Positions 27,827 to 39,090 are shown, counted from the first letter of the stretch. The stretch is DNA of 64,000 bases from Octopus bimaculoides (GCF_001194135.2 NC_069004.1:35519797-35583796); one strand, 5' to 3'. Program-made: numbers and translations. Notes: generated by a model not told the origin, from the letters alone.

Positions 27827-28055
27827 TTGTTTCTCTTACCTCGGTACCTGAGTAAGTCTCGAAGAAAAACAAGACCAGCCGCTGGTATATGCCCCACATT
27901 GTGTCATCGCCAATCTGGTAGATGCGATGCGGTAAGGCCGCACTTAGGGCCCTCCATGCTCCCCAGATGGCCAGATAACAGGGTGCCGTCCCCACAATCA
28001 CGAAGCCGGGAACAATCCATCTGAAATGGTGTAGATTAATGACCACTGAGAGCAT
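12584..28055 (-). CDS. AGPAT5: 1-acyl-sn-glycerol-3-phosphate acyltransferase epsilon (LPAAT-epsilon), partial: coding exons 1-7, terminal exon not located
   Basis: Join complement(27840-28055, 21392-21470, 16263-16378, 15750-15845, 14747-14837, 13699-13863, 12584-12707) = 887 nt, all GT-AG, frame maintained. It contains the acyltransferase motifs NHQSTVD (HX4D) and FPEGTR, and the N-terminus resembles human AGPAT5 as recalled. Confidence 0.95.
12776..13270 (+). mobile_element. Mariner transposon 5' fragment (left TIR plus decayed transposase N-terminus)
   Basis: TA-flanked TIR TTGGGTCATCCCATAAATAATGC; [23 protein letters not shown]...RNINAVYG...[16 protein letters not shown] is the mariner HTH region. 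Confidence 0.9.
13699..13863 (-). CDS. AGPAT5: AGPAT5 coding exon 6 (165 nt)
   Basis: Acceptor CTTGTGCAG; (G)[54 protein letters not shown]; donor A|GTAAG. Confidence 0.94.
14747..14837 (-). CDS. AGPAT5: AGPAT5 coding exon 5 (91 nt)
   Basis: Acceptor TTAAAACAG; [30 protein letters not shown]; donor G|GTTTGT. Confidence 0.95.
15750..15845 (-). CDS. AGPAT5: AGPAT5 coding exon 4 (96 nt)
   Basis: Acceptor TCTCTGCAG; [32 protein letters not shown]; donor CCT|GTGAGT. Confidence 0.95.
16263..16378 (-). CDS. AGPAT5: AGPAT5 coding exon 3 (116 nt)
   Basis: Acceptor CTTTCAACAG; (V)[38 protein letters not shown]; donor CAG|GTAAAC. Confidence 0.95.
17911..18071 (+). mobile_element. Penelope-like terminal repeat family (hammerhead-like core); other copies at about 20700-20800, 21725-21885, 54365-54541 (+), 26735-26825 (-) and a related family at 46690-46880 (-)
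   Basis: Shared GAAGAGCGTAGCTCGAAACGT...GAGCGTCA.ACTAATACA...ACCACCTGTCCTCGTC block recurring in the window. The PLE assignment is an inference from the motif. Confidence 0.65.
18669..19042. mobile_element. 374-bp element bounded by perfect 76-bp inverted repeats
   Basis: 18669-18744 is the exact reverse complement of 18967-19042; 222-bp spacer; TA at both outer ends. Confidence 0.85.
19043..19465 (+). mobile_element. Tc1/mariner-superfamily transposase fragment, internally deleted
   Basis: [52 protein letters not shown] is the region preceding the second catalytic Asp of Tc1/mariner-type transposases. Confidence 0.8.
20055..20245 (+). mobile_element. RTE-type LINE 3' tail fragment
   Basis: ..[29 protein letters not shown]...NP followed by a (GAT)n tail; a similar inverted piece lies at about 57520-57700. 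Confidence 0.5.
21392..21470 (-). CDS. AGPAT5: AGPAT5 coding exon 2 (79 nt)
   Basis: Acceptor TTCGTTGCAG; [26 protein letters not shown]; donor G|GTAAGT. Too short for the ORF track. Confidence 0.95.
23470..23640. repeat. Interspersed repeat family D (unassigned)
   Basis: Recurring GCTAGAAATAGCAGCCAAAT...GGTCATGGCTGGAATG...GACCTGGGGCTAAACAAC. Others at about 5950-6125, 7890-8290, 8950-9040, 26340-26510, 38930-39010, 41000-41330, 42440-42620, 49800-50190, 63290-63610. Confidence 0.7.
27840..28055 (-). CDS. AGPAT5: AGPAT5 coding exon 1 (216 nt)
   Basis: ATG at 28055; [72 protein letters not shown]; donor GAG|GTAAG. Confidence 0.93.
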
Positions 28056-28448
28056 AATTTTGTCCACTCCAGTGTAGTCCAATCCAGTCGGAGAAGCCCC
28101 AAAACGAATAGGTAGGGAAACAGGAGGTAGATAGATAGATAAATAGACAGAGAGAGAGAGATGGGAAGAGAGGAAATAAAATTGTTATTGAACGTCAATG
28201 AAGAAGAGAGCAAGCACTGACTCCACAATAAACAGACTCTGGCGGCAGCAGTAGCAGTAGCAGCAGCAGCAAGCACGCCGCAATGCTGCAAAGATGATGA
28301 TGTGAGAGAGGAGGAAACCTGATAAAGGTGAACGTTTTATTTGAAATATTTCTATTTCAGAGAGGAGGGCTGTTTAATTTGAAAAAAGTAAGCCCTGCCG
28401 TTATGTTCGTGTCAGCCGATAAGTCATATATATATGTATGTGAGTGTG

Positions 28449-28505
<57 letters not shown>

Positions 28506-29167
28506 CTATATATTTCGTATTGTATATTATTCAATTGATACCAAAAAATTGATATTCGTTAAAATGTAATGTGTCACTATTGAAAATAAAAACATCATCA
28601 TTATTATCAACATCCCTCTCATCTGTCGCCCTGATGCCAAATAAAAGAAGTCATTATTATTATTGTTGTTGTTGTTATCATTTATACATTAAATCCATTT
28701 GAAAAACCCCACTTTTAATTTCAGGTCCTGCAGTCCTATTATGTGTGTGTGTGTGTGTGTGTATACGGCTCGCACCTTTCTAGAATTTAATTTAACACCT
28801 GCCTGAATACGTTTATTTATTTATTTATTTCATTGATGATAAAGTCTATTGGGTTGTTTGAAACCGTTTTCACATGTGTTCTGTAGTATTTCGACAGTCA
28901 ATAATATTTGCCCAACGTATCAGAAAATGTTTAAATCAAAATATTTCGAAGCTGTTTCTTTCTTTTTCTTTGTCAATCTCTCTCTCTCTCTCTCTCTCCA
29001 TATTTTTTCTTTCTTTCTTTTACACTCCCGGGAATCCGTAAACATCTGCCGGATATTGCGAGGCAGGGAAAGCAGAGCGGAGGATTTCAATTACAACACT
29101 CGCATGGCTGTTCAAGGTAAACCCATTCGAAAAACTGAGTGATGTAGTAACAGACAGACAATACTAC

Positions 29168-29695
29168 AGTGGTGTCTGTGGTCTGTAGTATGGGTGGTAG
29201 TGGTGTTTGTGGTTCCTAGCTTGGGTGATGGTGGCCATGGTGTTTGTGATCTGTAGTTTGGGTGGTAGTGATGTTTGTGGTTTGTAGTTCGGGCGGTAGT
29301 GGTGTTTGTGGTCTGTAGTTTGGGTGGTAGTGGTGTTTGTAGTTTGGGTGGTTGTGGTGTTTGTGGTCTATAGTTTGGGATGTAGTGGTGTTTGTGGTAT
29401 GTAGTTTGGGTGGTAGTGGTGTCTGTGGATTTTAGTTAGGGTGATAGTTCTATTTGTAGTCAGCAGTTTGTGTGGTAGTGGTGGTCTGTAGACTGGGTGG
29501 TAGTAGTGTTTGTGGCTCCTGGTTCGTGTGGTAATAGTGTTTGTGGTCTGTAGTGGTCTGCAGTTTGGGTGGTAGTGGTGCTTGTGATCAGTAGTTTGTG
29601 TGATAGTGGTGTTTGTAGTTTGGGTGGTAGTTCTATTTGTAGTCAGTAGTTTGTGTGGTAGTGGTGGAGGTGTGTGTGGCCTGTGGTTGCGTGGT
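29168..29695. repeat. GT-rich minisatellite, about 31-bp unit, roughly 16 degenerate copies
   Basis: Consensus approximately GGTCTGTAGTTTGGGTGGTAGTGGTGTTTGT repeated head to tail. Confidence 0.9.
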
Positions 29696-32600
29696 AATAA
29701 ACGTTGGGTTTCCTACCTGTGTTGTGGCGATTATAACTTTTTTGAAATTCGTTGTGACGGTACCTGAAGGTTACAACACTATCGCAGTGGAGATGTAGTT
29801 GCGAGCAGTGTGGCAGTGGTGCCTGTAAGTTTCAAACAGAGTAGAAGTGGTTCTTGCGAGTTGCAGGTTAGGTAACGGTGGTGCTTGTGAGATCGAAGCA
29901 GTGGGGTAGCAATGTTCGTGGGTTCCAAACCGTCTGATGCAGCAGTTCGTGAGTTCAAGTGGTGACAGCGTAACATGTCTGTGTGAATGACTTTGAAGAC
30001 GTCAGGAAGAAAAAGGATCATATACAAACAAGTCCCTCGTTCGTCTGAGTTGGGTTTCGAATCCGACACACGTCACAGGGGACTTGAAAGCGTTGGTGGG
30101 GCTCCAATAACGACGATGATTATAATGAATAAATAACAGGAATATAACAAAGAGATATCAGAAAGTGAGATCAGAGGGACAGATAAATTGATAGAGGGCA
30201 GTAAGGGCCCAGGTGGCCGGTCAGCCACTGACCGCAGTTCAGTTTGAACTTTAAACCCCAACTTTTAATTGTTTCTCCCACAGAACCGAATGAAAGTAGA
30301 GAGTAATCTCAAAGGGGAGGTAACTCTAATGATTCGGATTATAACATGCCGGGGAGGGGGGGGAAATCAATATATATATATATATATATTATATGTACAA
30401 TTATTTATATGAATTCTATCTTATCGTCAGAGCCACTGCTGTGAGAAATAAATTTGTAATTAGAAACTCAGTAATTGCTAATTTTTTTAATTATTTGTCT
30501 GGCACTCCCAAGTCCGATAACTCTTGTAATGAAATTTCTCTCCTAAAAAGCACGTGCTCTTTTCAAACATTTCCTCCGTTATATTTTAAAACCAGTTTCC
30601 GATTGTCTCTTATTGAATGCTTTTCGTTCTACCAATTTTCAGAGGAAAACCATAAAGAAATCTTTTCAGAATTGTCTGTTTTTTTTCTCCATAAATATAT
30701 TCGTTGATTTCTTTTATAATTCTGTTTATATCTGAAATGAATGCATCATATGAAATGGCCCCTCGATGTCATACTGGAGAGGAGAACAGCTAAAGTCAAT
30801 TCGGGGTCTCGCAAGGCATTTTGTCCGATCAGCCAAAGTAAAATGATGAATCAGGAAATTGTTCGATCACGAATTCAGTGAAAGCTGAGTTGATATGGGT
30901 TCGTTTCGGCGGGGACTTTTGTTCGAAATATATTTCTCCTGCACCTTAAATGTAAATAATAAAAAAAAAAAACAGAAAACATGGTTTTGGGAGTTATNNN
31001 NNNNNNNCTCTCGGCACAAGGCCGGAAATTTTGGGGGAGGGGGCCAGCCGATAAGATCGACTCCAGTACGCAACTGGTAATTAATTTATCGACTCCGAAA
31101 GGATGAAAGGCAAAGTAGACCGCGGCGGAATTTGAACGCAGAACGTAAAGACAGTCGAAATGCCGGTAAGCATTTCACCCGGCGTGCTAACGGTTCTGCC
31201 AGCTCACCGCCTTTCTTGGAGTTTCTTTTACGGCCGTCAGATGTTCATTATATGTAGATGTTTTCTTTTCTTTTTTTTCTTTTGCCCTTGGTTTAGACTA
31301 CGAAAAAAGTAACCCAGAAACTACTAATTGACTTACACGATCAAATGAAGTCGTTTCTCAGCATTTTGAAGCCGAGAAAGCAGGATGACTTTTTTGTTTT
31401 TGTTTTTTTGTTAAGTTTAAAGAAATGGATGAAACGCCGATGCACTTTGATCACCATGGAAACTGCATTTTACATTAAAAGAAGAGAGAATATTTTACAT
31501 AAGAACCTCAGGACCTGAAAAAAAACTGACGCATTTTATTGTTGGACCCAGCTCAAACCAATGATGGTGTTTTAGAGGGATAGATTACCAAAAGGAAAGT
31601 AAAGAATACGTACACCCGCTGGTTACGGTTTTTGTTACGCCGAAAACGGGTGGTGTACGTATTCTTTACCTCTGCCAATATCCCCTGTTTGTTTGTTTCC
31701 AGTGCAACTTGATGGACGGAATTTAAATACTGCTCGCAGACACTTCAGTTATTCTCTGGTCATTGTGGAACCAACGCTTGTGCTGACTCGACCATTAACT
31801 TTAGAATTCACAAACTTGATCAATAGATTAGAATGTAAGTCGCTCATTCTTCCGAACTGATCGTTACCATTTATTTTGAAGTTGTAGATCTTGATATCAA
31901 TCAGAAGATATTAAGAGGTTATCGCGCTGTGTATGAGAAATAAACTATAGAACCACATGAGCGCCGTTTGTCAACTACAAAGTATTTTACGGTAAGATGG
32001 TGAACATCCTAAACAAGTAATCTTTAAGTATGCTAGCTATCAAATATTTCGAGATGGGTCTGGTATAATACTCAAATATGCATAGAGGTAAAGACCCCCC
32101 CATCCCCCTTCGGTCACGAATGATCATGGGGTGCATCTAGAAAGTTTCCCGCCGAGGCACAAATCCGGGCAGGGTTGTATTATGGAAGACCAGCAGTCAC
32201 CCATGCATACCGGTCTTCCCTCCCCACGCCACTGCGGAAAGGCAAAGGGGACGATACAGCTTGGCACCAGTGACGTCGCAACTCATTTCTACAGCTCGGT
32301 TCGGGAATCTCGAACTCATTATGTCATGATTGAGCCTGATGCTCTAACCACTGAACCACGCACCTTCAAATATACATACAAAACGCATAAACGTATAATA
32401 CATACCCCAAAAATACATAAACATAAGCGATTCAACGAAAAAAAAAAAAAAGAAAATTTTTTTACGGAAATTGATGAACAAATCCTTTCACTTTCCCGAA
32501 AGATAACCATTATTAGTGTTGTTATTTGTTTCTTCTCGGGCCATGCCCGACTCACAAGGTCCTGTTTCATTGGCGTACAGGTTCCCCACTTGGATGGGAC

Positions 32601-34214
32601 GCCGGTCCGTTGCAGGTGAACTGGAACGTGGAAAGAGTGAGAGAAAGTTGGGGCGAAAGAGTCAGCAGAAGTTCGCCATTATCTTCTGCCGGAGTCGCGT
32701 GGAGCTTAGATGTTTCGCTCATAAACACACACATCCCCACCGACCCCAGCCTAATCCATTTCTTTCCTTCTGTCTCACACCCCCACACCCACCTCACGCC
32801 TCCTATTCAGAGTGAAACTCCGGCGGCATATAAACAGACCAGCCACCCACTTTATCGTAAAAGCAATTCCCACCCCAGGAGGCACGTGTTGACCTCCAAA
32901 CGGTCACCGACTTGAGGCAACTGAAAACTACATCGAATTAACACGTGCAGCATTCTATCTAGTAAGAAGTTGATATTGTAAGGAGGAGCTATTGATGTCC
33001 ACCACCACCACCAATACATATTAAGACTCGAGTCATAAACCAGGGGTCGGGATCGTGATCTTTTGTGGGGTTGTTGCCTAAAAGTTTTTTTTTTAAATAC
33101 TCTATAAGGTGGGAATCGAAATTCATAGCAAATGGACCCATTTTTATGTATTCTTTGTTGTAGCAGAGCATCTGCATATGCCAAGGGTAATGGTTTGAAA
33201 CTGCTGGAAATAAAATAACAATTTCATTATATTTAGTGTTGGCTCGGCTAGAAAGGGTGTTGCCTGGGCAACTAGGGAAACACCCCTGCATCCGCCACTG
33301 TAAACTGCCACGAATGATGTACTACGGGAACGAAATAGCATTGAATTGTAGCAGACGATACAGAAAGAGATATTTGTACTCTGGTCCTATGTGTAAACTG
33401 TAAATTACTGCTAACTCATATTGTTTTCAAATTCTGGAACAAGGCCAGCAATTTCGGGGAGGGAGGCGGTCGATTACATCGACCCCAGTATGCAACTGGT
33501 AATTATTTTATCGACCCCAAAAAGACGAAAGGCAAAGTTGACCTCGGCGGAATTTGAACTCAGAACGAAAAGACGGATGAAATGCCGCTCAGCATTTTCC
33601 TTGGCGTGCTAACGGTTCCGCCAGCTCACTGCCTTCAAACTGCTAACTCACATTGACCACAAACAAACCAGGTACCTGGAATAAAGGACAGCTCTGGCCA
33701 TTATTCCAGACATATTTCAAGAATAGGGCAACCACCGTCAACTTTTCAACCATTCATCTTAACCAGAAAATGGTAACAAGCCTCTCTGACATATTCGAGT
33801 CCTTTGAACATTTTACTTTACTTTTCTAACCCCCTACTCCGAACCTACTCCTAATCTATTTCCCAGGATCTACTCCAGATATAACCTTGGCCTACATAAT
33901 TCCCATTCAGTCCGTATTTAAATAATCATTTCCTCCTTTATTCATCGATTTGCCTTATCATCCGCTTATCATCTATTTATCAGCAACTATCAATAAAAAC
34001 ACATTCACTGATTCTTTAATGCTGCTTCTCTCATTCAATTGATTCTATTCACTCCAGTTTGTCTATTCACTTATTCCTTTATTCCGTTATTTATCTTTGC
34101 TACTCTTCTTCCCCCTCTCCACCCCCGTTCAGACATTTATCAATGAATTTTCTTTTCTTTTCTACTCTAGGCACAAGGCCCGGAATTCTGGAGGAGGGTG
34201 GTGGGGCATTTCCT

Positions 34215-34440
34215 TCTTCACTGATCTTTAGCATTATATTTACATCCGTTGAGCAGTTGAGTTCCACAACTGTACATAGTTCCTCTTCTTTATCCCAAAT
34301 CACTATGTCAAGTCTATTATGTTTACATATGAGGGACATTCCAGCAGCACGCTTTTTTATACTATGAGTGGCTATGGCTTCTACCATACCGTGGGTTTCT
34401 TGATTTCTTTGGACTCAGGGTTATCCTGCCAATAGATTTC
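34215..34440 (-). mobile_element. R4/Dong-like non-LTR retrotransposon fragment (restriction-like endonuclease domain)
   Basis: MVEAIATH...CKHNRLDIVIWDKEEELCTVVELNCSTDVNIMLKISEE matches the RPD-x-E type REL motif (HNRPDI.IWD....C..VE..C..D.N). Confidence 0.75.
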
Positions 34441-34508
34441 TTTATATAGTGTCTTAAGATATACCGTGATGATATATATAGCATATAGGCATGGTAGCTT
34501 CTGTGCCC

Positions 34509-34552
<44 letters not shown>

Positions 34553-35188
34553 ATACACATATATGTGTGTGTGTATGTGCGTGTGTATGTGTATGCGTGT
34601 ACGCGCGCGTATATTTGTGTGTGTGTGTGAGATTTTAGCGTCTTTCGTTTTGTCCAAAGTAAAACTTTTTTCCTGGTTTTGTGATTATGACGTCATAATG
34701 GCGATAACGTTTCTCAGAGATTTTCGTTTCAAAACTCTTCAGTCTCTTTCAACCTTTCGCGGTGATTAGAGGCTAGGGAATGTGTGCGTCAGGGGACGTA
34801 CCCAGACACCTGAGGACTAGAGTGAAGTGGCAGTCATCTTCACCTTGTTTTTGGTGTTTGTGGGGATACTTTATGCCCCTTTAAGTTCTTAAACACCCGG
34901 TGTAACATGCTGGTTGGTAGCATAACATAGTTACAAGGTGTACGGTAGTGTCACTGTAACCGTATGAACTTTTAGCCAGGCGATTCCAGTACAGGAAACC
35001 TGGGGGGGCCCAACCAGAAGTATTCCTCACTCTCCATACATTTCCGCAGAATAATTTATCCTAAATAATTCTGTGACAGTAAAAGAGAAATAACAATAAC
35101 GTTAAATAACAAACAAAATGATAAACGCGAAACGATTATCATTTAATAAATAATTCATGCGTATATCAACAGAATATAATTATAAATA

Positions 35189-35545
35189 TGGTGAGTATTT
35201 TAATAAGAGTTTAGTTTGTTACTTTCAAAATGTTTGAGCATCTTTTCAATTTATTCTTCATTTGATGAACGTGGTGAGTATTTTAATAAAAAAAAAATGC
35301 CTTGCTTTAAATTGTCTCAACATTTCAAATAATTTTTGTAATAAAGCAACATTTATTCTTCATTCGATGAACATTGAGAGTATTTTAATAAAAAATGTTT
35401 TTTGCTCAAAATGTCTGGTCATTCGATGTTCGACACCCTGCAACAGAATGGTGAGTATTTTAATAAAAATAAGTTTTGCTGTTAAACGTTTGAGCTTTTT
35501 TAACAAGTTTTTTGGATACCAAAATATTTATTCTTCATTCGATGT
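35189..35545. repeat. Degenerate tandem repeat, 75-105 bp units, 4 copies
   Basis: TGGTGAGTATTTTAATAA at 35189, 35272, 35449 (variant at 35375) and ATTTATTCTTCATT.GATG at about 35249, 35351, 35526. Confidence 0.75.
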
Positions 35546-35695
35546 TCGATATACTGCATACATCACTATTTTTATAACACGACAGGAAGCTTTTGGTTTC
35601 AAGTGTATAATGTGCCTGGGCCTGTGTGTGCGTGTGTGTCTGTGTGTTTATGTTGCAGTCTATGTCTGTCAGTCTCCATCACTCATTTTCTCTCA

Positions 35696-35727
<32 letters not shown>

Positions 35728-35939
35728 GATTTCCTATTTGAATCTGTCATCGACACCTTCAGACACGCATTTTATTTCTCTTTTTCTATCTATCTATCTA
35801 GCTAGCTAGCTAGATAGATAGCTATCTGTCTTGTCTGTCTGTTTGCTTGTCTATCTACTTCCCTATTTCTGTCTGTTTATGTATGTATGTATGTATGTAT
35901 GTATGTGCGTGTGTGTGCGTGCGTGCATGTGTGTATAGA

Positions 35940-36745
35940 CGTTTGGGTGGGATAATACCTCTGATGAGGGACCATCTGCTGCTCTTTGGATAGTTCGTCC
36001 GCTTTGGTCCTCACCTGACACCTAGCTCCCTTCTGTGGCTCTTCGAAACTGTGTGCATACAACAGCAGCCACACCCCGTGCGACGGCTTCCACAGGCCGG
36101 CTAAACCATGGTGAGGATAGACGACGGCTTTCAACCCTCGGTGATGCATGTGAGAACTGGACCCGGTGGACTACGCAGAGAAAAGCACAAGATAGATTCA
36201 GCGTGCAGGAAGGCGGACCAGCAAGCGTTGCGGGGGTGGGGAGCAGGGTACGGCGAAACACAAAGGAAGCTTCGGCTATCCATTGCATCCCAACTTATCT
36301 CTAGTCGTCTTGACTTCGTTGAAATCCTGGAGCGATAAGCAAATGACAAAGCAGCAGGTATGGATGCACAGGAAGCTGTAATCATAGACTGCACCCAGGC
36401 GGACAAGGACATAGGGTTGCTCCCTGTTACTGAAGCAGCAGTGGAGTTCGGCATTCTCATGGATGTCTGGGGATTTCCCCTCTCTAGGATTGTTCTGCGC
36501 ATCTCCATGGCCTGAGGAAGGGGCTAGAAAAGGTGCCCTAATCATGGACCTCTTCATCTCACCCTGGCCTGCATCCTGCGCCAAGCGGAGGTCGCAACCA
36601 TGTGGTCGAAATAGAAAGACGAAACTGGTGACATCACTCACCATTGGCGCATGGAATGTGCGAAAAACTCTTGCACAGCTCCTAAGCAAACAGACCTGTG
36701 AGACGGACAGCGCTTGCTGCAAGAGAACTCGGCAGGACCTGAAAT
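35940..36745 (+). mobile_element. RTE/BovB-like LINE 5' portion (5' UTR plus start of AP endonuclease), cut off by a SINE
   Basis: ...RNRKTKLVTSLTIGAWNVRKT then (frameshift) NRPVRRTALAARELGR, the N-terminal signature of the RTE endonuclease (xWNVRTL...RRTAL.AREL.R). Confidence 0.8.
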
Positions 36746-37099
36746 GTTGAGGGGGGAGGGACTAGTCGATGGCATCGACCCCAATGTTTCTCTAGTACTT
36801 AATTTATCGACCCCGAAAGGATGAAAAGCAAAATCGACCTTGGCAGAATTTGAACTCAGAACGTAGCGACAGACGAAGTGCTGTTATGCATTTTACCCAG
36901 CGTGTTAACGATTTTGCCAGCTCGCCGCCTTACCGGACGATTTACGCACCCACAACTTAATGGTTCAGTATAAATTGACTAAGAATTTACAAGATACATT
37001 TTAGTGGTACTTCGTAGGAATGGTAACTAAGTTTCGTTCAAGGGGGAATTACTCCGGCTCTCCCAGAAATCGTTTTCGCTTTGTTAGCCTTTCACGGTT

Positions 37100-37635
37100 T
37101 TCGTTTATTTTTGTTTTTCTTAACTATCAAGCTGAGCAAAATAGTATTTTTACCTCCATTTTTTTAGCTTTATTTGTGTCTCCAGCCAGCAGGTCCGATG
37201 AGTCGCTCATATTGTCAAGTGCAATAATAGACGTGAAGCCAATGGTCATTTTCTGACCGGCCATAACTAACTAGCGACTTACATAAGATATTTCTGTCCA
37301 AAAACAGACAGCTGACCGATTCTTCACGCTCCCCAGTCGCAGAGTGTACAGTAATAGGCCATCACGTGGTTTCTGTTTTATGGCTGCGCCACCGGTTGTG
37401 CGCATATACATAGTCACAACAGAATCTCTTACGGACATGGAGTCATGCGATCTTGGTTACTCAATATACCCATGCCATCAAACGAACTCTACACGAGGAT
37501 TGCACGCGGATGCTACTCGAGAAAATCATTGACCTAATAAGGCACATGAGATGGAAGGCATACTTGAATGACCAAGCTACATTGCTCCCAGAGGTCAACA
37601 GTTACAACATCAGATCCAGAAGTTCCCCACCCAGA
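37100..37635 (+). mobile_element. Penelope-like element 5' fragment (leader plus ORF N-terminus)
   Basis: DLGYS... then CTRMLLEKIIDLIRHMRWKAYL...PEVNSYNIRSRSSPP, the ..EK...I.RMRWKA.. signature of PLE ORFs; decayed hammerhead-like motif at 37188-37254. Confidence 0.7.
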
Positions 37636-38084
37636 AAGTGATATCTTTTGCCATTTACTTGTTTCAGACATTGGACTGTGGCCATGTTGGGGCACCACCT
37701 TGAAGAAGATTTTTGGCGAACGAATCGACCCCAGCACATTTTTTTTTTCTTTTTAAGCCTGGTACTTATTCTATCGGTTTCCTTTGCCGAACTGCTAAGT
37801 TACGGAGACGTAAACACACCAACACGGGTTGTGAGCAGTGGCGGCGGTGGAGCAATCAGGCACAAAGACATCTCCCCATTTATATATACAATGAGCTTCT
37901 TTCAGTTTCCATTTACCAAACACACTCGCAACGTTTTGGTCGGCCTGAGGCTACAGTAGAAGACACTTGTTCCAGGTAGCACAGAGTGGGACTGAACTCT
38001 GAACCATGTGGTTGGGAAGCGAACTGCTCACCACATAGCCACACCTGCGCCTATCTAAAGCTAGTTTCTTTTTCTTTCTTTCTT

Positions 38085-38126
<42 letters not shown>

Positions 38127-38487
38127 CAGCCGAGATGAAATGGAATTATTTAGTAAAAGATAATTATGACCTAACTAAAATGGTATACATTTTATTGACG
38201 TCCACATGTATGAAAGATAAAAATCGAGACCGACTGGATTCGAACTCAAAAAGGAAGCTGCAAATTCCGTTGCTAAATTACACAGTATTGCTTTAACACC
38301 ATCTCTTAATATGGAATATAACTCTTTGCTGATAAACAGCCTGGTCTCATGCCAATAAGGGCGCTTGTAAGTGGTCACTCGATTTGCTAAAAGCAACAGC
38401 CAAATTGCCCTTTGAATTACACCCTACTAATTTTGGATAATTTAGTCCATGATACACTATCGGGGAAAGGAAAATTACGAGATGGTG

Positions 38488-38933
38488 GCATACCCATACA
38501 AGAACCCCACCACCGACTTTGTTTCCTCATAACTTATAGAATAATGGATAAGTTTTTATTAAAAATTTCCACAAATACTTTTCAGATGGTGTAGATTACA
38601 GGTACAATAGAATTGAAAGAATTACAAGTATAATAGAATTTAAAATGGAACCCCCCCCCCAAAAAAAAAACCCAATTGCTTGAGGCGCACACGTACACAC
38701 TGGTACACATCACATTTTTCTTCAAAACGAAACTTGAAATTTTGAAAAATTATGTCCTCCGATTATTTGTTTTATTTTAATTTAATTTTATTTCATTTCT
38801 TCGCATTAAATTCCGTTATAATCGTATTCTACATTATCTGAAAGATATCTATGGAGAAAAAAAAAATAGCCATTTATCTGAAAGTTATGAGGAAACAAAA
38901 TCGGTGGAGCGAGCCACCATTGTATAGGTATGC
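38488..38933. mobile_element. Decayed element with about 50-bp inverted termini upstream of GCDH
   Basis: GCATACCCATACAA...CACCGACTTTGTTTCCTCATAACTT (38488-38535) versus the reverse complement at 38882-38933. Confidence 0.55.
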
Positions 38934-39090
38934 TCGTGATGGTCACAAGTGGAACGTCTTCGGTCATTAGTCTACGCGATCGGGGCTGACCTGAGGCTAA
39001 ACAACAACAACAAAAATAACCACCGCCACCACCACTACGACGACGACCAGGAACAACGCAGTTTCATAACAAATGTCACGGCGCCTTCCT

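Noticed and set aside
27762-28082. ORF-track start at 28082 and poly-Leu tail for AGPAT5 exon 1
   Set aside because: 28082 is a TTG; the homologous ATG is at 28055, and the poly-Leu is the intronic (AAT)n tract after the donor.
29168-29695. Regularly spaced repeat as possible CRISPR array
   Set aside because: Head-to-tail degenerate units without unique spacers, eukaryotic context, no cas genes.
33040-33300. CAGTGGCGGATGCAGGGG terminus (minus strand) suggesting a Harbinger-like DNA transposon
   Set aside because: Only one clear end; the partner terminus is too degenerate to define an element.
35961-36005. CTGATGA-GGGAC...GTCC as hammerhead core (also CTGATGA at 8488 and minus-strand near 23540)
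   Set aside because: No GAAA after stem II, or no stem II at all.
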